Source: Candidatus Adlerbacteria bacterium
Lineage (GTDB): Bacteria > Patescibacteriota > Minisyncoccia > Phycocordibacterales > SBAW01
Assembly (NCBI GenBank): GCA_903884345.1
Contig: CAISEE010000001.1
Coordinates: forward strand, 1-56,105
Direction of reading: 5' to 3'
Length of the DNA stretch: 56,105 nucleotides
The stretch's first letter is position 1, and every line of letters begins with the position of its first letter. The notes under the pieces are model-generated. The model made no database searches, was not told where the DNA came from, and saw nothing but the letters and a program-made list of their open reading frames with translations. Below, piece by piece: positions 1-8,800 of this stretch. The translations under genes and the position numbers were made by a program.

Positions 1-72
1 GTGCGTGTCATAGACGCAGTGGTTGCTTCGGGTGACGCCCATGTGCCTATCATATCTGAAAACCGAGGGTTT

Positions 73-309
73 TCAGACTTTCCTACAGGGAACCCGCGGC
101 AAGCCGCGGGGTAAGGGCTGGCGCCAATTGACAAATTTGTCAGAGACAGGAAGCGCTGCTTGTAAAAATAGCTTTAAATCATCAGGGAATTTAAAATTGA
201 ATTTACTTTCAACCGCAGCTATTTCATCCGCTGTAAGGCCATCTTCAAATACCACTTCTTTGGTTTTCAAGAGATCTACCAATTCTTGCATTTTCTTGTC
301 AGTATCCAT
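73..309 (-). CDS. SMI1/KNR4 (SUKH-1)-like protein, probably truncated
   Basis: 78-aa ORF in a visibly AT-richer patch left of tRNA-Gln. LTADEIAAVESKFNFKFPDDLKLFL resembles the usual opening of SMI1/KNR4 domains. The ORF ends after about half a domain and its tail (PRGLPRVPCRKV) runs into GC-rich sequence. Confidence 0.35.
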   Translation of the reverse strand: MDTDKKMQELVDLLKTKEVVFEDGLTADEIAAVESKFNFKFPDDLKLFLQAALPVSDKFVNWRQPLPRGLPRVPCRKV

Positions 310-396
310 GTTGTAATTATATCGCTACAAACTATATATGCTAAGTGAAGAGACTTGAACGCTTAAGACTCCTAGGCGACTCGTGCTAGCTCAACT

Positions 397-470
397 TGGC
401 TGCGAGACTAGGATTCGAACCTAGATAAACAGATTCAGAGTCTGTTGTCCTACCATTAGACGATCTCGCA
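397..470 (-). tRNA. tRNA-Gln (anticodon CTG), CCA encoded
   Basis: Reverse complement reads TGCGAGATCGTCTAATGGTAGGACAACAGACTCTGAATCTGTTTATCTAGGTTCGAATCCTAGTCTCGCAGCCA. It has a 7-bp acceptor stem, ACAGA/TCTGT anticodon stem, loop CTCTGAA and a GGTTCGAATCC T-arm. Confidence 0.9.
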
Positions 471-580
471 ATATTTCAAACCTGGCGCACAACGAACGGC
501 ACTACCCTGTCTTGTGGACCGGGGAATACCGCTATACGGTACATCAAAACGCGTTTTTTCTCAAGATGGGGACGGCGGGG

Positions 581-1666
581 CTATTTCGTCGTTGTGGTGC
601 TTGCGGCGTCGAGCGTTTTATAAAACTCGGTGAGCCCCTGGTAGGCTGCTTTGGAGATTGCCTGGATATCTTGCTGGAGCTCGGCGTAGTTTGATCCGCG
701 GGTCATGACACACAAAAGGTACGGGTGGTTGGGAACGTAGACGACGCCGCAGTCGTGGAGCTCGTCGACCTCGGGGGCGCCGTTTTGGGCGGCGGCACGG
801 GCGACGCCGAACTTGTGGGCGACGGTGGTCGTGGCGGGGACGCCGGCGACGATGCCATCGTGGTAGGACGTCTCTGAAAGAAGCATCAGCGCCTTCTCTG
901 AATCCTCGGGGGTGAGGTACGTGGCGCTATAGAGCAACCGGTAGAGCGTCGAGTACTCGTTGACCGACATGAAGTCCATCCCCTGCTCGTTTGCCGTGGC
1001 GGGCGACGGGATGTTGAGCTCGGTGAAGATGTCGTTGAAGTCGGCGAGCGTCTTTTTGTCGAAGTTGTCGACCAGGGTGTTAAGCGCGTCGTTGTCCGAG
1101 TAGACGACCATCTGGCGCAAGAGTGCCTCGACCGAGTACGTGCGGCCGCCCACCAGGTGCGGGATGATTTGCCCCGGCGTGTCGGCGGCGGGGTTGGGAG
1201 ATGCTTCAAACGAGACGAACTTTTGAAGCACCGACGAATCATCTTCGGCCTCCTTGTCGTAGGCCATCATCACAAAAACTTTGAGCATGCTCGCGGGCGA
1301 GTACTTCTCGTCGCCGTTAATCTCAAACCAGCGGCCGGATTTGAGCGAGCGCAGATAGAGCGAGACGTTGTCGACCGAGTCCGACGTAACCTGTGACGCG
1401 ATGAGCGCGCTCATGGTGTCTTTGAGGGGTCTCAGTTCAGGGAAGGCTTCTTCGGTGCCGGTGTCGCACAGGAGCACGGGGTTAACAAGCGAGTACGCGG
1501 AGTCGTTCTCACGCACCATCTTGCCGCGCAGCGCCTGTGCCATCGCGGCCGACGAGGGGTGGCCGATGAGGAGCCACATCGAGCCGGCACCCAGCACAAA
1601 GACCGCAGCATAGATTGCTGCGGCCCGAGCGTGAGTTTTCAAATATTGTGTAGTGATGGCTAGCAT
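581..1666 (-). CDS. membrane-anchored serine hydrolase (class A beta-lactamase / PBP-like fold)
   Basis: 361-aa ORF with an N-terminal hydrophobic anchor (AAAIYAAVFVLGAGSMWLLIG). The three serine-beta-lactamase motifs occur in order: SMLK (SxxK), SDN, and KFG in the KTG position. Confidence 0.7.
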   Translation of the reverse strand: MLAITTQYLKTHARAAAIYAAVFVLGAGSMWLLIGHPSSAAMAQALRGKMVRENDSAYSLVNPVLLCDTGTEEAFPELRPLKDTMSALIASQVTSDSVDNVSLYLRSLKSGRWFEINGDEKYSPASMLKVFVMMAYDKEAEDDSSVLQKFVSFEASPNPAADTPGQIIPHLVGGRTYSVEALLRQMVVYSDNDALNTLVDNFDKKTLADFNDIFTELNIPSPATANEQGMDFMSVNEYSTLYRLLYSATYLTPEDSEKALMLLSETSYHDGIVAGVPATTTVAHKFGVARAAAQNGAPEVDELHDCGVVYVPNHPYLLCVMTRGSNYAELQQDIQAISKAAYQGLTEFYKTLDAASTTTTK

Positions 1667-3294
1667 CGATCACTTGCGGCCTTGATAAACGCACTAAAGA
1701 GAGGGTGCGGGGTGAGGCAACGCGAGAGAAACTCGGGATGGAATTGCGTGCCGACGAAGAACGGGTGCTGGTCTTTGGGAAGTTCGGCAATTTCCATCAA
1801 CACGCCACTGGGCGAGCGACCCGAGAAGACGAGGCCAGCCTGCTCGAGCTGCCCCACGTACGCAGGGTTCACTTCGTAGCGGTGGCGGTGGCGCTCGATG
1901 ACGTCGGTTTTGCCGTAGGCCAAGCCCGCGACAGTGCCCTCTTTGAGGCTGCACGGGTAGGCGCCCAAGCGCATCGTGCCACCCATGTTGCTGGTTTTAA
2001 CGACCTCCTTCTGACTCTCCATGATGTCGATGACCGGGTGGGGCGAGGCAGGGTCGATTTCGGTGGTGTGTGCCCCCGCAAGCTTGGCGACGTTTCGTGC
2101 GTATTCGATGACCGCCAACTGCATGCCGTAGCAGAGGCCGAAGTACGGAATCTTGTGCTCGCGCACGTATTGAATCGCTTTGATCTTGCCCTCGATGCCG
2201 GTGGCGCCGAAGCCGCCGGGGATGAGCACGCCCGCGTACTTGTCGAGCTCCGAGAGTTGGAGTTTGCCCGACTCGAAGTCTTTGGAGTTGATGTAAATAA
2301 TCTTCGGTTTGAGGTGCTGGTGGTAACCGGCGGTCTTGATGGCTTCAAGCACCGAGATGTACACGTCCGAGAGGACGAACTCGCCCGAGTCAAAGTACTT
2401 CCCCACCACCGCAATCGGCACATTTTTTATGCCGTCTTTGGACTTTGCGACGAAGTCGTTCCATTCACTAAGGTCGGTCGGGCGCTGCTCGAGACCCAAG
2501 ACTTCGGTCAAAATATCGCCGAGGCCGTCCTTCTCGTAGTTGGCGGGGACGTCGTAGATGCTCGAGACGTCCGGGGCTGAGATGACATGCTCGGTCGGGA
2601 TGTTGCAGAAGATGCCGATTTTTTCTTTGCGCTTTTCATCAAGCGGGGTCGAGGCGCGTGCCAAAATAACGTCGGCCTGGAGCCCCACGCTATTGAGCGA
2701 GCGCGACGCGTACTGGGTGGGCTTGGTCTTCATCTCACCGATTGAGCCTGGAGTCGGCAGGTACGAGACCATGACGACCGCCACGTCGCGCGGGAACTTT
2801 TGCTTCAGCATTCGGGCGGCTTCAAGAAAGATGACGTTTTGATACTCGCCGATGGTGCCCCCGATTTCAATCATGGTAATGTCGGCCTGCGCGGTTTTCT
2901 GCGCCTCCTGAATGCGGCGAATAACTTCAAGCGGCACATCGGGGACGACCTCGACGCACTTGCCGCCATACTCGAGGTTGCGCTCGCGACGGATGACCTC
3001 CATATAGACGCGGCCGGTGGTCATGTAGTTGATACTCGGCATCGACTCGCCCAAGAAGCGCTCGTAGTTGCCCATGTCCTGGTCGGTCTCGTAGCCGTCG
3101 TCGAGGACGAAGGTCTCGCCGTGCACGGTCGGGTTCATGGTGCCCGCGTCGACGTTGATGTACGGATCAATCTTAATTGCCGTCACCTTGTACCCCTTGG
3201 ATTTTAAAATCCTCCCGATTGAGGAGGAAGCGACCCCTTTACCAATGCCCGACATTACGCCCCCGACGACAAAGATATATTTCGGATTCGCCAT
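1660..3294 (-). CDS. pyrG: CTP synthase
   Basis: 544 aa. N-terminal synthetase region YIFVVGGVMSGIGKG; C-terminal glutamine amidotransferase with GLCYGMQ nucleophile elbow and FHPEF. Full-length PyrG architecture. Confidence 0.97.
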   Translation of the reverse strand: MANPKYIFVVGGVMSGIGKGVASSSIGRILKSKGYKVTAIKIDPYINVDAGTMNPTVHGETFVLDDGYETDQDMGNYERFLGESMPSINYMTTGRVYMEVIRRERNLEYGGKCVEVVPDVPLEVIRRIQEAQKTAQADITMIEIGGTIGEYQNVIFLEAARMLKQKFPRDVAVVMVSYLPTPGSIGEMKTKPTQYASRSLNSVGLQADVILARASTPLDEKRKEKIGIFCNIPTEHVISAPDVSSIYDVPANYEKDGLGDILTEVLGLEQRPTDLSEWNDFVAKSKDGIKNVPIAVVGKYFDSGEFVLSDVYISVLEAIKTAGYHQHLKPKIIYINSKDFESGKLQLSELDKYAGVLIPGGFGATGIEGKIKAIQYVREHKIPYFGLCYGMQLAVIEYARNVAKLAGAHTTEIDPASPHPVIDIMESQKEVVKTSNMGGTMRLGAYPCSLKEGTVAGLAYGKTDVIERHRHRYEVNPAYVGQLEQAGLVFSGRSPSGVLMEIAELPKDQHPFFVGTQFHPEFLSRCLTPHPLFSAFIKAASDRC

Positions 3295-3302
3295 ACAGTA
3301 GT

Positions 3303-4238
3303 CTAGATTTTTAAATAGCGTTTGACCGCCAGGTAGCTTGCAATCGACCCCAACACCACTCCCGTCCCCACGATGATGAGGAAGAACATCGGGAAGTGCG
3401 CAAGGTAGTACTGAAAGACGTTGGTGCCGCCAAAGAAGTTCTCGGTCGCGTTCCCCAACCAGTAGGTCAAGGGGTAGAACATGAGGAGTGTGATGAGGCC
3501 CGAGACGAGGCCGTAGAGCATACCCTCGACCATAAACGGTGCGCGGATGTAAAAGAGGCCGGCACCCACGAGGCGCATGACGTGAATCTCTTCGCGCGAG
3601 GTGTAAATGGCCAGGCGCAGCGTGTTAAACGAGATGGCGAGCGTCGTGAGGATGAGGACGGCGATCATAATGAGTCCCAATCGCTGACCGGAGTCGGTGA
3701 TGCTTTGGAGTCGCGCGAGCGCCTCGCGGTGCTGCTCGTCGAAGTAGTTGACCTTGTCGATGATCGACGCCGAGCCGTCGGTCGAGAGCGCCTGCTGCTG
3801 CTTGAGGAAGTTAGCGATCGAGTCGTACTGCGCGATGTCTTTGGCCTTGATGGTAAGGACGGCGCCCAGCGGGTTGTCGCCGAGCTCGTCGAGCGCCTGG
3901 AGCGTCAGCTGGTCGTTTTGGTGGCGCGTGCGAAAAGCCGCGAGCGAGTCATCGGCCGAGACGTAGGTCACGCTAGTAACCTCGGGCATCGCCTGGAGCG
4001 TCTTTTGGAGCGTAAGAATCTGATCCTCGGGCGCGTCGGTGGTGAAGTAGACGTTGACGTCGGCCTTGTCGCGCAGCTCCGAGAGCGTCGAACCGAGGAT
4101 GACACCCGCAAAAAGCGTCGTCCCCACGACAAAGAGCGTCACGGTCATGACAAGAATCGACGCCAGGGACACGAAACCGTTCCTCCAGAAATCGAGGAAG
4201 CCTGCACGAAAGATTCTTTTAGTGGTTACCCAACTCAT
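3303..4238 (-). CDS. ftsX: cell-division ABC transporter permease-like protein FtsX
   Basis: 311 aa with one N-terminal TM, a large external loop and three C-terminal TMs. Lies 12 nt downstream of ftsE on the same strand. Confidence 0.9.
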   Translation of the reverse strand: MSWVTTKRIFRAGFLDFWRNGFVSLASILVMTVTLFVVGTTLFAGVILGSTLSELRDKADVNVYFTTDAPEDQILTLQKTLQAMPEVTSVTYVSADDSLAAFRTRHQNDQLTLQALDELGDNPLGAVLTIKAKDIAQYDSIANFLKQQQALSTDGSASIIDKVNYFDEQHREALARLQSITDSGQRLGLIMIAVLILTTLAISFNTLRLAIYTSREEIHVMRLVGAGLFYIRAPFMVEGMLYGLVSGLITLLMFYPLTYWLGNATENFFGGTNVFQYYLAHFPMFFLIIVGTGVVLGSIASYLAVKRYLKI

Positions 4239-4250
4239 ATGCGTATTGTA

Positions 4251-4931
4251 CTACAAAATATACATCCCCTCACGGTCGTCGCGGATGATTTTGCCGCGAT
4301 CCATCGTGATGACGCGCTTTTTCAGCGCATCGATGACACCCTTGTTGTGGGTCGTGAGGATGACGGTGGTGCCCAGGTCGTTGATTTTTTTGAGAATCTG
4401 GATGACCTCGAAGGTGTTGACCGGGTCGAGGTTCCCCGTCGGCTCGTCGGCCACGATGACGTCGGGCTGGTTGACGATGGCGCGGGCGATCGCCACACGC
4501 TGCTGCTCGCCGCCCGACAGCTCGCCCGGGAAGTTGTTGAGTTTGTCGCCCAGATCGACGAGTTCGAGGACGTGCGGCACGTCGGAGCGAATCTCCTCCT
4601 CGCTGCGGCCCGCGGCCTCCATGGCGAAGGCAACGTTCTCGTAGGCGGTCTTCTGCGGCAAAAGACGGAAGTCCTGAAAGACCGCGCCGATCTTGCGGCG
4701 CAGGTGGTTGATGCGGTTGAGCGGCACCTCGTGGATGTTGATCGACTCGAAGAAGACCGACCCGGTCGAGGGCTTCTCTTCGGCTAGGAGCATTTTGACG
4801 AGCGTGGTTTTGCCGGCGCCCGAGTGGCCGACGATGGAGATGAATTCGCCCGGCTCGACCGAGAAACTGACTCCGTCTAGCGCGATGGAGTTGTCGGCGT
4901 AGATCTTGGAAACGCGATCGTAGTAAATCAC
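4251..4931 (-). CDS. ftsE: cell-division ATP-binding protein FtsE
   Basis: 226-aa ABC ATPase: Walker A GHSGAGKT, signature LSGGEQQR, Walker B VIVADEPT. Located directly upstream of ftsX. Confidence 0.93.
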   Translation of the reverse strand: MIYYDRVSKIYADNSIALDGVSFSVEPGEFISIVGHSGAGKTTLVKMLLAEEKPSTGSVFFESINIHEVPLNRINHLRRKIGAVFQDFRLLPQKTAYENVAFAMEAAGRSEEEIRSDVPHVLELVDLGDKLNNFPGELSGGEQQRVAIARAIVNQPDVIVADEPTGNLDPVNTFEVIQILKKINDLGTTVILTTHNKGVIDALKKRVITMDRGKIIRDDREGMYIL

Positions 4932-5048
4932 AACTCGTTCATTGTAGTACGCCCACGCTCGATTGCAAACCGCTTCCCTGTTGACTACATGAAGATACGA
5001 CGAGTCCCCCTTCTCTTGCGAGTCGGGGGACGGCGGTCGTCGGTCTCA

Positions 5049-6182
5049 TTACTTCTCTTGGAAGGTCGGAATGAGCGATACGGTGGCGGTGGTATCGAGA
5101 TGTTCGCCCGTGAGCTCGGAGCAGTCGAGCGTGTAGATGGTTTCGTAGTCGAGCGGGCCGGTTGCGGTCGTCTGCGTGCCGATGACGTTGCTGCTTGCCG
5201 CGTGAGTGACCGAGAGCGCGCCGCCCGACAAGGTACAACTCGAGACGCCGGTTGCCGACCAAGTGAGCGTCGTTCCCGTGCCCGAGCGCACGCGCACCGG
5301 CGTGGCCGAGAGCTGCGAGGTTGGCAGATTTGGCGTAATCGAAGCGCTGTCATTGGCCGAACCACCAGGGCCGGTACACCGTACGGTGTAGGTCGTGGCA
5401 GTAGCCGGATGTACGGTTGTCGAGCCGCTTGTGGCACCACCGGTCGAGAAGTTAAGCCCCGAACACGAGCTGGCATTGCTACTACCCCATGAGAGCGTCA
5501 CACTCTGACCTTTGTAGACGCTCGTCGAGCTGAGCGAAATGGTCGCGGTTGGCGCCGGAGGTGGCGGAGGCGGAGGCACAGGAGTCGGTGTGGGTGTTGG
5601 CGTTGGGGTCGGTGTAGGAGTTGGGGTCGGTGTAGGAGTTGGGGTCGGGGTTGGCGAAGGGGTCGTCGAACGACAAGCGTCACCGACGAGCACCCACCCG
5701 TAGTAGCCCGTGCAGTAGTTGCTTTCCAACGCGTACGTACGCCCCGACCCCGTCTCGCCCGCGTTGCAGGGGTTCGTCACGATTTGATGCACGGCTACGC
5801 ATGACCTGCAGTCATCGTAGACCAGCACCCACGCACCCCACGTGCCTGCGCACGAGTCACCTTCGACGGTATAGGTTCGCCCTGTCCCCACCTCGCCCGC
5901 ATTGCAAGCGTTGGTCACCGACTGCGAGACGGCGCACGGGTCAGAACTGCCGCAGGCGGCGACCGCTTTGCCGAGCCCGACCGTCGTAGGTTTGAAGACC
6001 GCCACATAGGTCGAGGGGTGCGTCGAATGTACGGGACCATATGAAACCGCGACCAGCGCCACCAGGGCGAGCGACGCGGCGGCGGCAAAAACGACGCGCT
6101 GATGCCCTCGCCACGCGTGCTGTGCTACGGATGACACTCGGCGAGCGGCGGCGCGAACGTGCGTATGTAGAGGGTGTTTCAT
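5049..6182 (-). CDS. secreted modular surface protein (Cys-rich tandem domains, Pro/Thr linker, Ig-like C-terminal modules)
   Basis: ATG at 6182 (MKHPLHT...) is preferred over the track start at 6314, which overlaps the upstream gene. Hydrophobic anchor [14 protein letters not shown]. Two copies of a C..V.TN.CNAGE.G.GRTY..E...C domain, then [36 protein letters not shown], then two beta-rich modules. Confidence 0.7.
   Translation of the reverse strand: [377 protein letters not shown]
5551..5665 (-). repeat. Pro/Thr-linker coding low-complexity repeat (perfect 18-nt tandem unit ggtgtaggagttggggtc x2 at 5611-5646 plus degenerate copies)
   Basis: Direct reading of the sequence; lies inside CDS 5049..6182 and encodes the (PT)n-Pn linker. 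Confidence 0.85.
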
Positions 6183-6195
6183 AAAGAGTGGATTA

Positions 6196-7056
6196 TTAAA
6201 ATGCCGATTGCTTTTGCGCCGCAGCGATGTTCGCGTCGATCGCTTGTCGAAACGCGTCCAAACTCGCCGATGCGGCCGCAGGGCTGTTGCCCGGGTACGC
6301 GCGACTCCAGTCATCGACGGTCATCGATTGCGCCAGCAGCTGCGCCTGTATAAACGACTTAATCGCCTCCGTATAGTGTAGCTCATTTAACTGCGCCAAT
6401 CCGAGACTATTCCACAACCACGCATTCGCGGTGGCACCGGGGACGGCGGCGAACGCTTGCTTCACCACCTGCTCGGATTCGGCCGAATTCAGCTCCTCGC
6501 CCAGCACGTACGCGAGGTCGTTGTAGCCCGCCCACTCGGTCGGCGCCCACGCGACGAAGCCGCGAAAGTCCGCCTCGGCCGAGGGTAGGTCGTGCCGGTT
6601 TATGTCGATGAGCCCACGCACATAGAGCGAGCGCAGGTACTGGGGACGCAACGCCAGCTCGGCGTTAATCTCGCGCAGCGCGTCGTCGAGCCGCCCCTGT
6701 ACGAAGTCGATGCGTGCCAGCTGGTAGTGCGCCAGCGGCATGTTGGGCGAGAGCGCGAGTGCCAACCGGTAGGATGCGGCAGCACGACCAAGGTCGTAGT
6801 CGCCGCCGTTGAAGTAGTAGTGGCCGATCTTCGCCGCCAGGTCGCTGTCGTCGCGGTTGAGATAGTACACGAGCGTCGGGTGCTGCTCGAGCCACAACCC
6901 GCGAACCACCCATTTGTAGGGAGGCAGCATCGGCACGAGCCACAGAAGTAACACGAACGCGACCGCCTCACACGCGCAAAGTGCCGCCAGATGCAGACGC
7001 GACAACTGACAACTTCGATGCTTCATACCCGTATGATAACGCACCGGTCGCCGCAC
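6196..7056 (-). CDS. membrane-anchored TPR-repeat protein
   Basis: 286 aa with an N-terminal hydrophobic segment (AVAFVLLLWLVPML). Followed by TPR-like helical repeats (AASYRLALALSPNMPLAHYQLARIDFVQGRLDDALREINAELALRPQY...). Exact start uncertain. Confidence 0.7.
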   Translation of the reverse strand: MRRPVRYHTGMKHRSCQLSRLHLAALCACEAVAFVLLLWLVPMLPPYKWVVRGLWLEQHPTLVYYLNRDDSDLAAKIGHYYFNGGDYDLGRAAASYRLALALSPNMPLAHYQLARIDFVQGRLDDALREINAELALRPQYLRSLYVRGLIDINRHDLPSAEADFRGFVAWAPTEWAGYNDLAYVLGEELNSAESEQVVKQAFAAVPGATANAWLWNSLGLAQLNELHYTEAIKSFIQAQLLAQSMTVDDWSRAYPGNSPAAASASLDAFRQAIDANIAAAQKQSAF

Positions 7057-7091
7057 CGATGCCGCGACATGACTCCCGTGGGGACAACTTT

Positions 7092-8729
7092 CTATCGTGC
7101 GCGCGGCTTTCGCTCCAAACAGTACAGTTCGTTGGCGTACGTAAGCAAGAAAAATTGTTTCGTCTGTGCGTTGTAGGCGACGCGGTTGGTGATGCGCTCG
7201 GTGGTTTGAAAAAACGCGATGTTTCGCCCCGTCGCGGGGTCAAGCTCGTACAGGCGCCCGTCGTTTGAGCCCACGTACACGAAGCCGTCGGCAAGCAACG
7301 GCGACGCGAAGACACGCCCGGCCGTTTGAAACGCCCACTCGCGCGCATGGGTCGCGAGGTTCAGGCAGTACACTTTTTTGTCGAGCGAGGCGACGTACAC
7401 ACGATCGCCCGACACCACCGGCGTGGAGTAGATGCCCGCATCGGTTTGGTAGTCAAAGACGAGCGAGCCGTCACGAACGTCAATCACATACACCTTCCCG
7501 TCGAAGGAGCCGACGATGACGTAGCCGTGTGCTTCGTCGAACACGGGCGCGTACTTGATGGCTCCGCCGGTTTGATACTGCCCGATCGGCGTGCCGTCGC
7601 TCACGCGAAACAGGTAGAGCACTCCGTCGTTTGAGCCGATGGCCACCGCATCGAATTTTTTGGAGTACGCCGGCGAGCCGTGCGTGAACTCGGGCATCGA
7701 AACGTACTCCCAGCGCTTTGCACCCGTCTTGGCGTCAAGCGCCACGATCCCGCCGCGCTTCTTCCACAACCCGAACTCGAGCCCCACAAAGACTAATCCT
7801 ACATCGGGCGCCACCACGGGCGACGAGCCGATCCAGTCGGCATCCTCGTACGCCCAGCGTACCTTGCCCGTCTCGGCGTCGAGCGCATAAAAATTCCCGT
7901 CGTAGGCGCCAAAGTAGAGCGCGCCGTCGTGGAGCGCCGGTGAGGAAAAAATCGTCTTCCCGTTCGCGCCTTTCCCGCGAATCGAAAAACTCCACACTTC
8001 CCTGCCCGTCGCTTGCAGGAGTGCATGCATCACGCCGTCGTCGCTGCCGAAGTAGACGCGTGTGTCGTCGAGCATGGGCGCCGACTTGGGCACGCGATGA
8101 AAATAGTTCGGGTTGGGGCAGCGCACCGCCCATGACACCACAAATGCCTCGTGATCGGGCAGCGCGAATTTCGGAACAGAAAAGCGCAGGCCGAAATCCT
8201 CGGGCGAAAAGAGTGCCGTCACGCAGACACCTTCGCCGAGCGTCTGCAGGTCGGGGCGAAACCGCACGAAGGCAAAGACGTCGCGCACCACCTTGCCCTC
8301 GACCTTGAGCGTCTCGATCTGTGCCAGGAAACTCGTGCCGCTGTTGAGAATGTCGTCGACCAACACGATCGGCAGGTCGTTAAGCGTCCCCTCGATGTGC
8401 TTTTGGAGCCACGTGTGCTTGCGCGATTTGCGAATGTAAAACCCATTGACCGGCGTCCCGCGCTCGGCGCCTTTCATGACGATGGCGGCCACGAGTGCGA
8501 TGCCCACCGTCTCGATCCCACCGACTTGAAAGGGATAGATGTCGGCATACCGCTCCCAAAACGACTCGGCCGCAAGCGTCAAAAAATCGGGCGTCAGCAG
8601 CAGCGAGCGAACATCAAACAGCCACGGGGCATCATCCGCGCCCCCAGGCGAGACAATGCGCGCGCCGCTCGCGTTGGAGACGATCGTTTTTTGAATGTAG
8701 TCGCGCAGTTTTGCTCGTGCAGAATCCAT
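7092..8729 (-). CDS. phosphoribosyltransferase domain fused to PQQ-like beta-propeller repeats
   Basis: N-terminal type I PRT fold with PRPP loop VLVDDILNSGTS. The C-terminal ~330 aa are PQQ/BamB-like repeats (YFGAYDGNFYALDAETGKVRW, VGSFDGKVYVID, VGSNDGRLYELDPATG). ATG at 8729 preferred; the track ORF starts at 8750. Confidence 0.75.
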   Translation of the reverse strand: MDSARAKLRDYIQKTIVSNASGARIVSPGGADDAPWLFDVRSLLLTPDFLTLAAESFWERYADIYPFQVGGIETVGIALVAAIVMKGAERGTPVNGFYIRKSRKHTWLQKHIEGTLNDLPIVLVDDILNSGTSFLAQIETLKVEGKVVRDVFAFVRFRPDLQTLGEGVCVTALFSPEDFGLRFSVPKFALPDHEAFVVSWAVRCPNPNYFHRVPKSAPMLDDTRVYFGSDDGVMHALLQATGREVWSFSIRGKGANGKTIFSSPALHDGALYFGAYDGNFYALDAETGKVRWAYEDADWIGSSPVVAPDVGLVFVGLEFGLWKKRGGIVALDAKTGAKRWEYVSMPEFTHGSPAYSKKFDAVAIGSNDGVLYLFRVSDGTPIGQYQTGGAIKYAPVFDEAHGYVIVGSFDGKVYVIDVRDGSLVFDYQTDAGIYSTPVVSGDRVYVASLDKKVYCLNLATHAREWAFQTAGRVFASPLLADGFVYVGSNDGRLYELDPATGRNIAFFQTTERITNRVAYNAQTKQFFLLTYANELYCLERKPRAR

Positions 8730-8751
8730 ACCGTGCCCACACAATACCATT

Positions 8752-8789
8752 ATAAAATTAAAAGCGCCCCGCCGATTTCTCGACGGGGC
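8752..8789 (-). terminator. intrinsic terminator after the 143-aa secreted-protein gene
   Basis: On the minus strand, GCCCCG-12 nt-CGGGGC is followed by CTTTTAATTTTA, immediately downstream of the stop at 8801. Confidence 0.5.
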
Positions 8790-8800
8790 TCTGACGGCGG

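Noticed and set aside
341-400. Possible second tRNA directly downstream of tRNA-Gln.
   Set aside because: It is only ~60 nt long and overlaps the CCA end of tRNA-Gln. There is no convincing D or anticodon arm and the T stem is imperfect. At best it is a decayed remnant, so it is not called as a gene.
3396-4787. Very long antisense ORFs opposite real genes: 3396..4787, 26807..27901, 29426..30778, 30876..32318, 31790..33766, 40804..41847, and in the island 45813..47066, 47349..48455, 51753..53090.
   Set aside because: Their translations are Arg/Asp/Val/His-rich low-information strings with no motifs. The opposite strand in each case encodes a protein with clear family signatures. They are shadow ORFs caused by GC-rich or GAA/AAG-rich codon usage.
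5551-5665. Tandem 18-nt repeats that could be mistaken for a CRISPR-like or VNTR array.
   Set aside because: The units are contiguous without spacers and lie in frame inside a CDS, where they encode a (PT)n linker.
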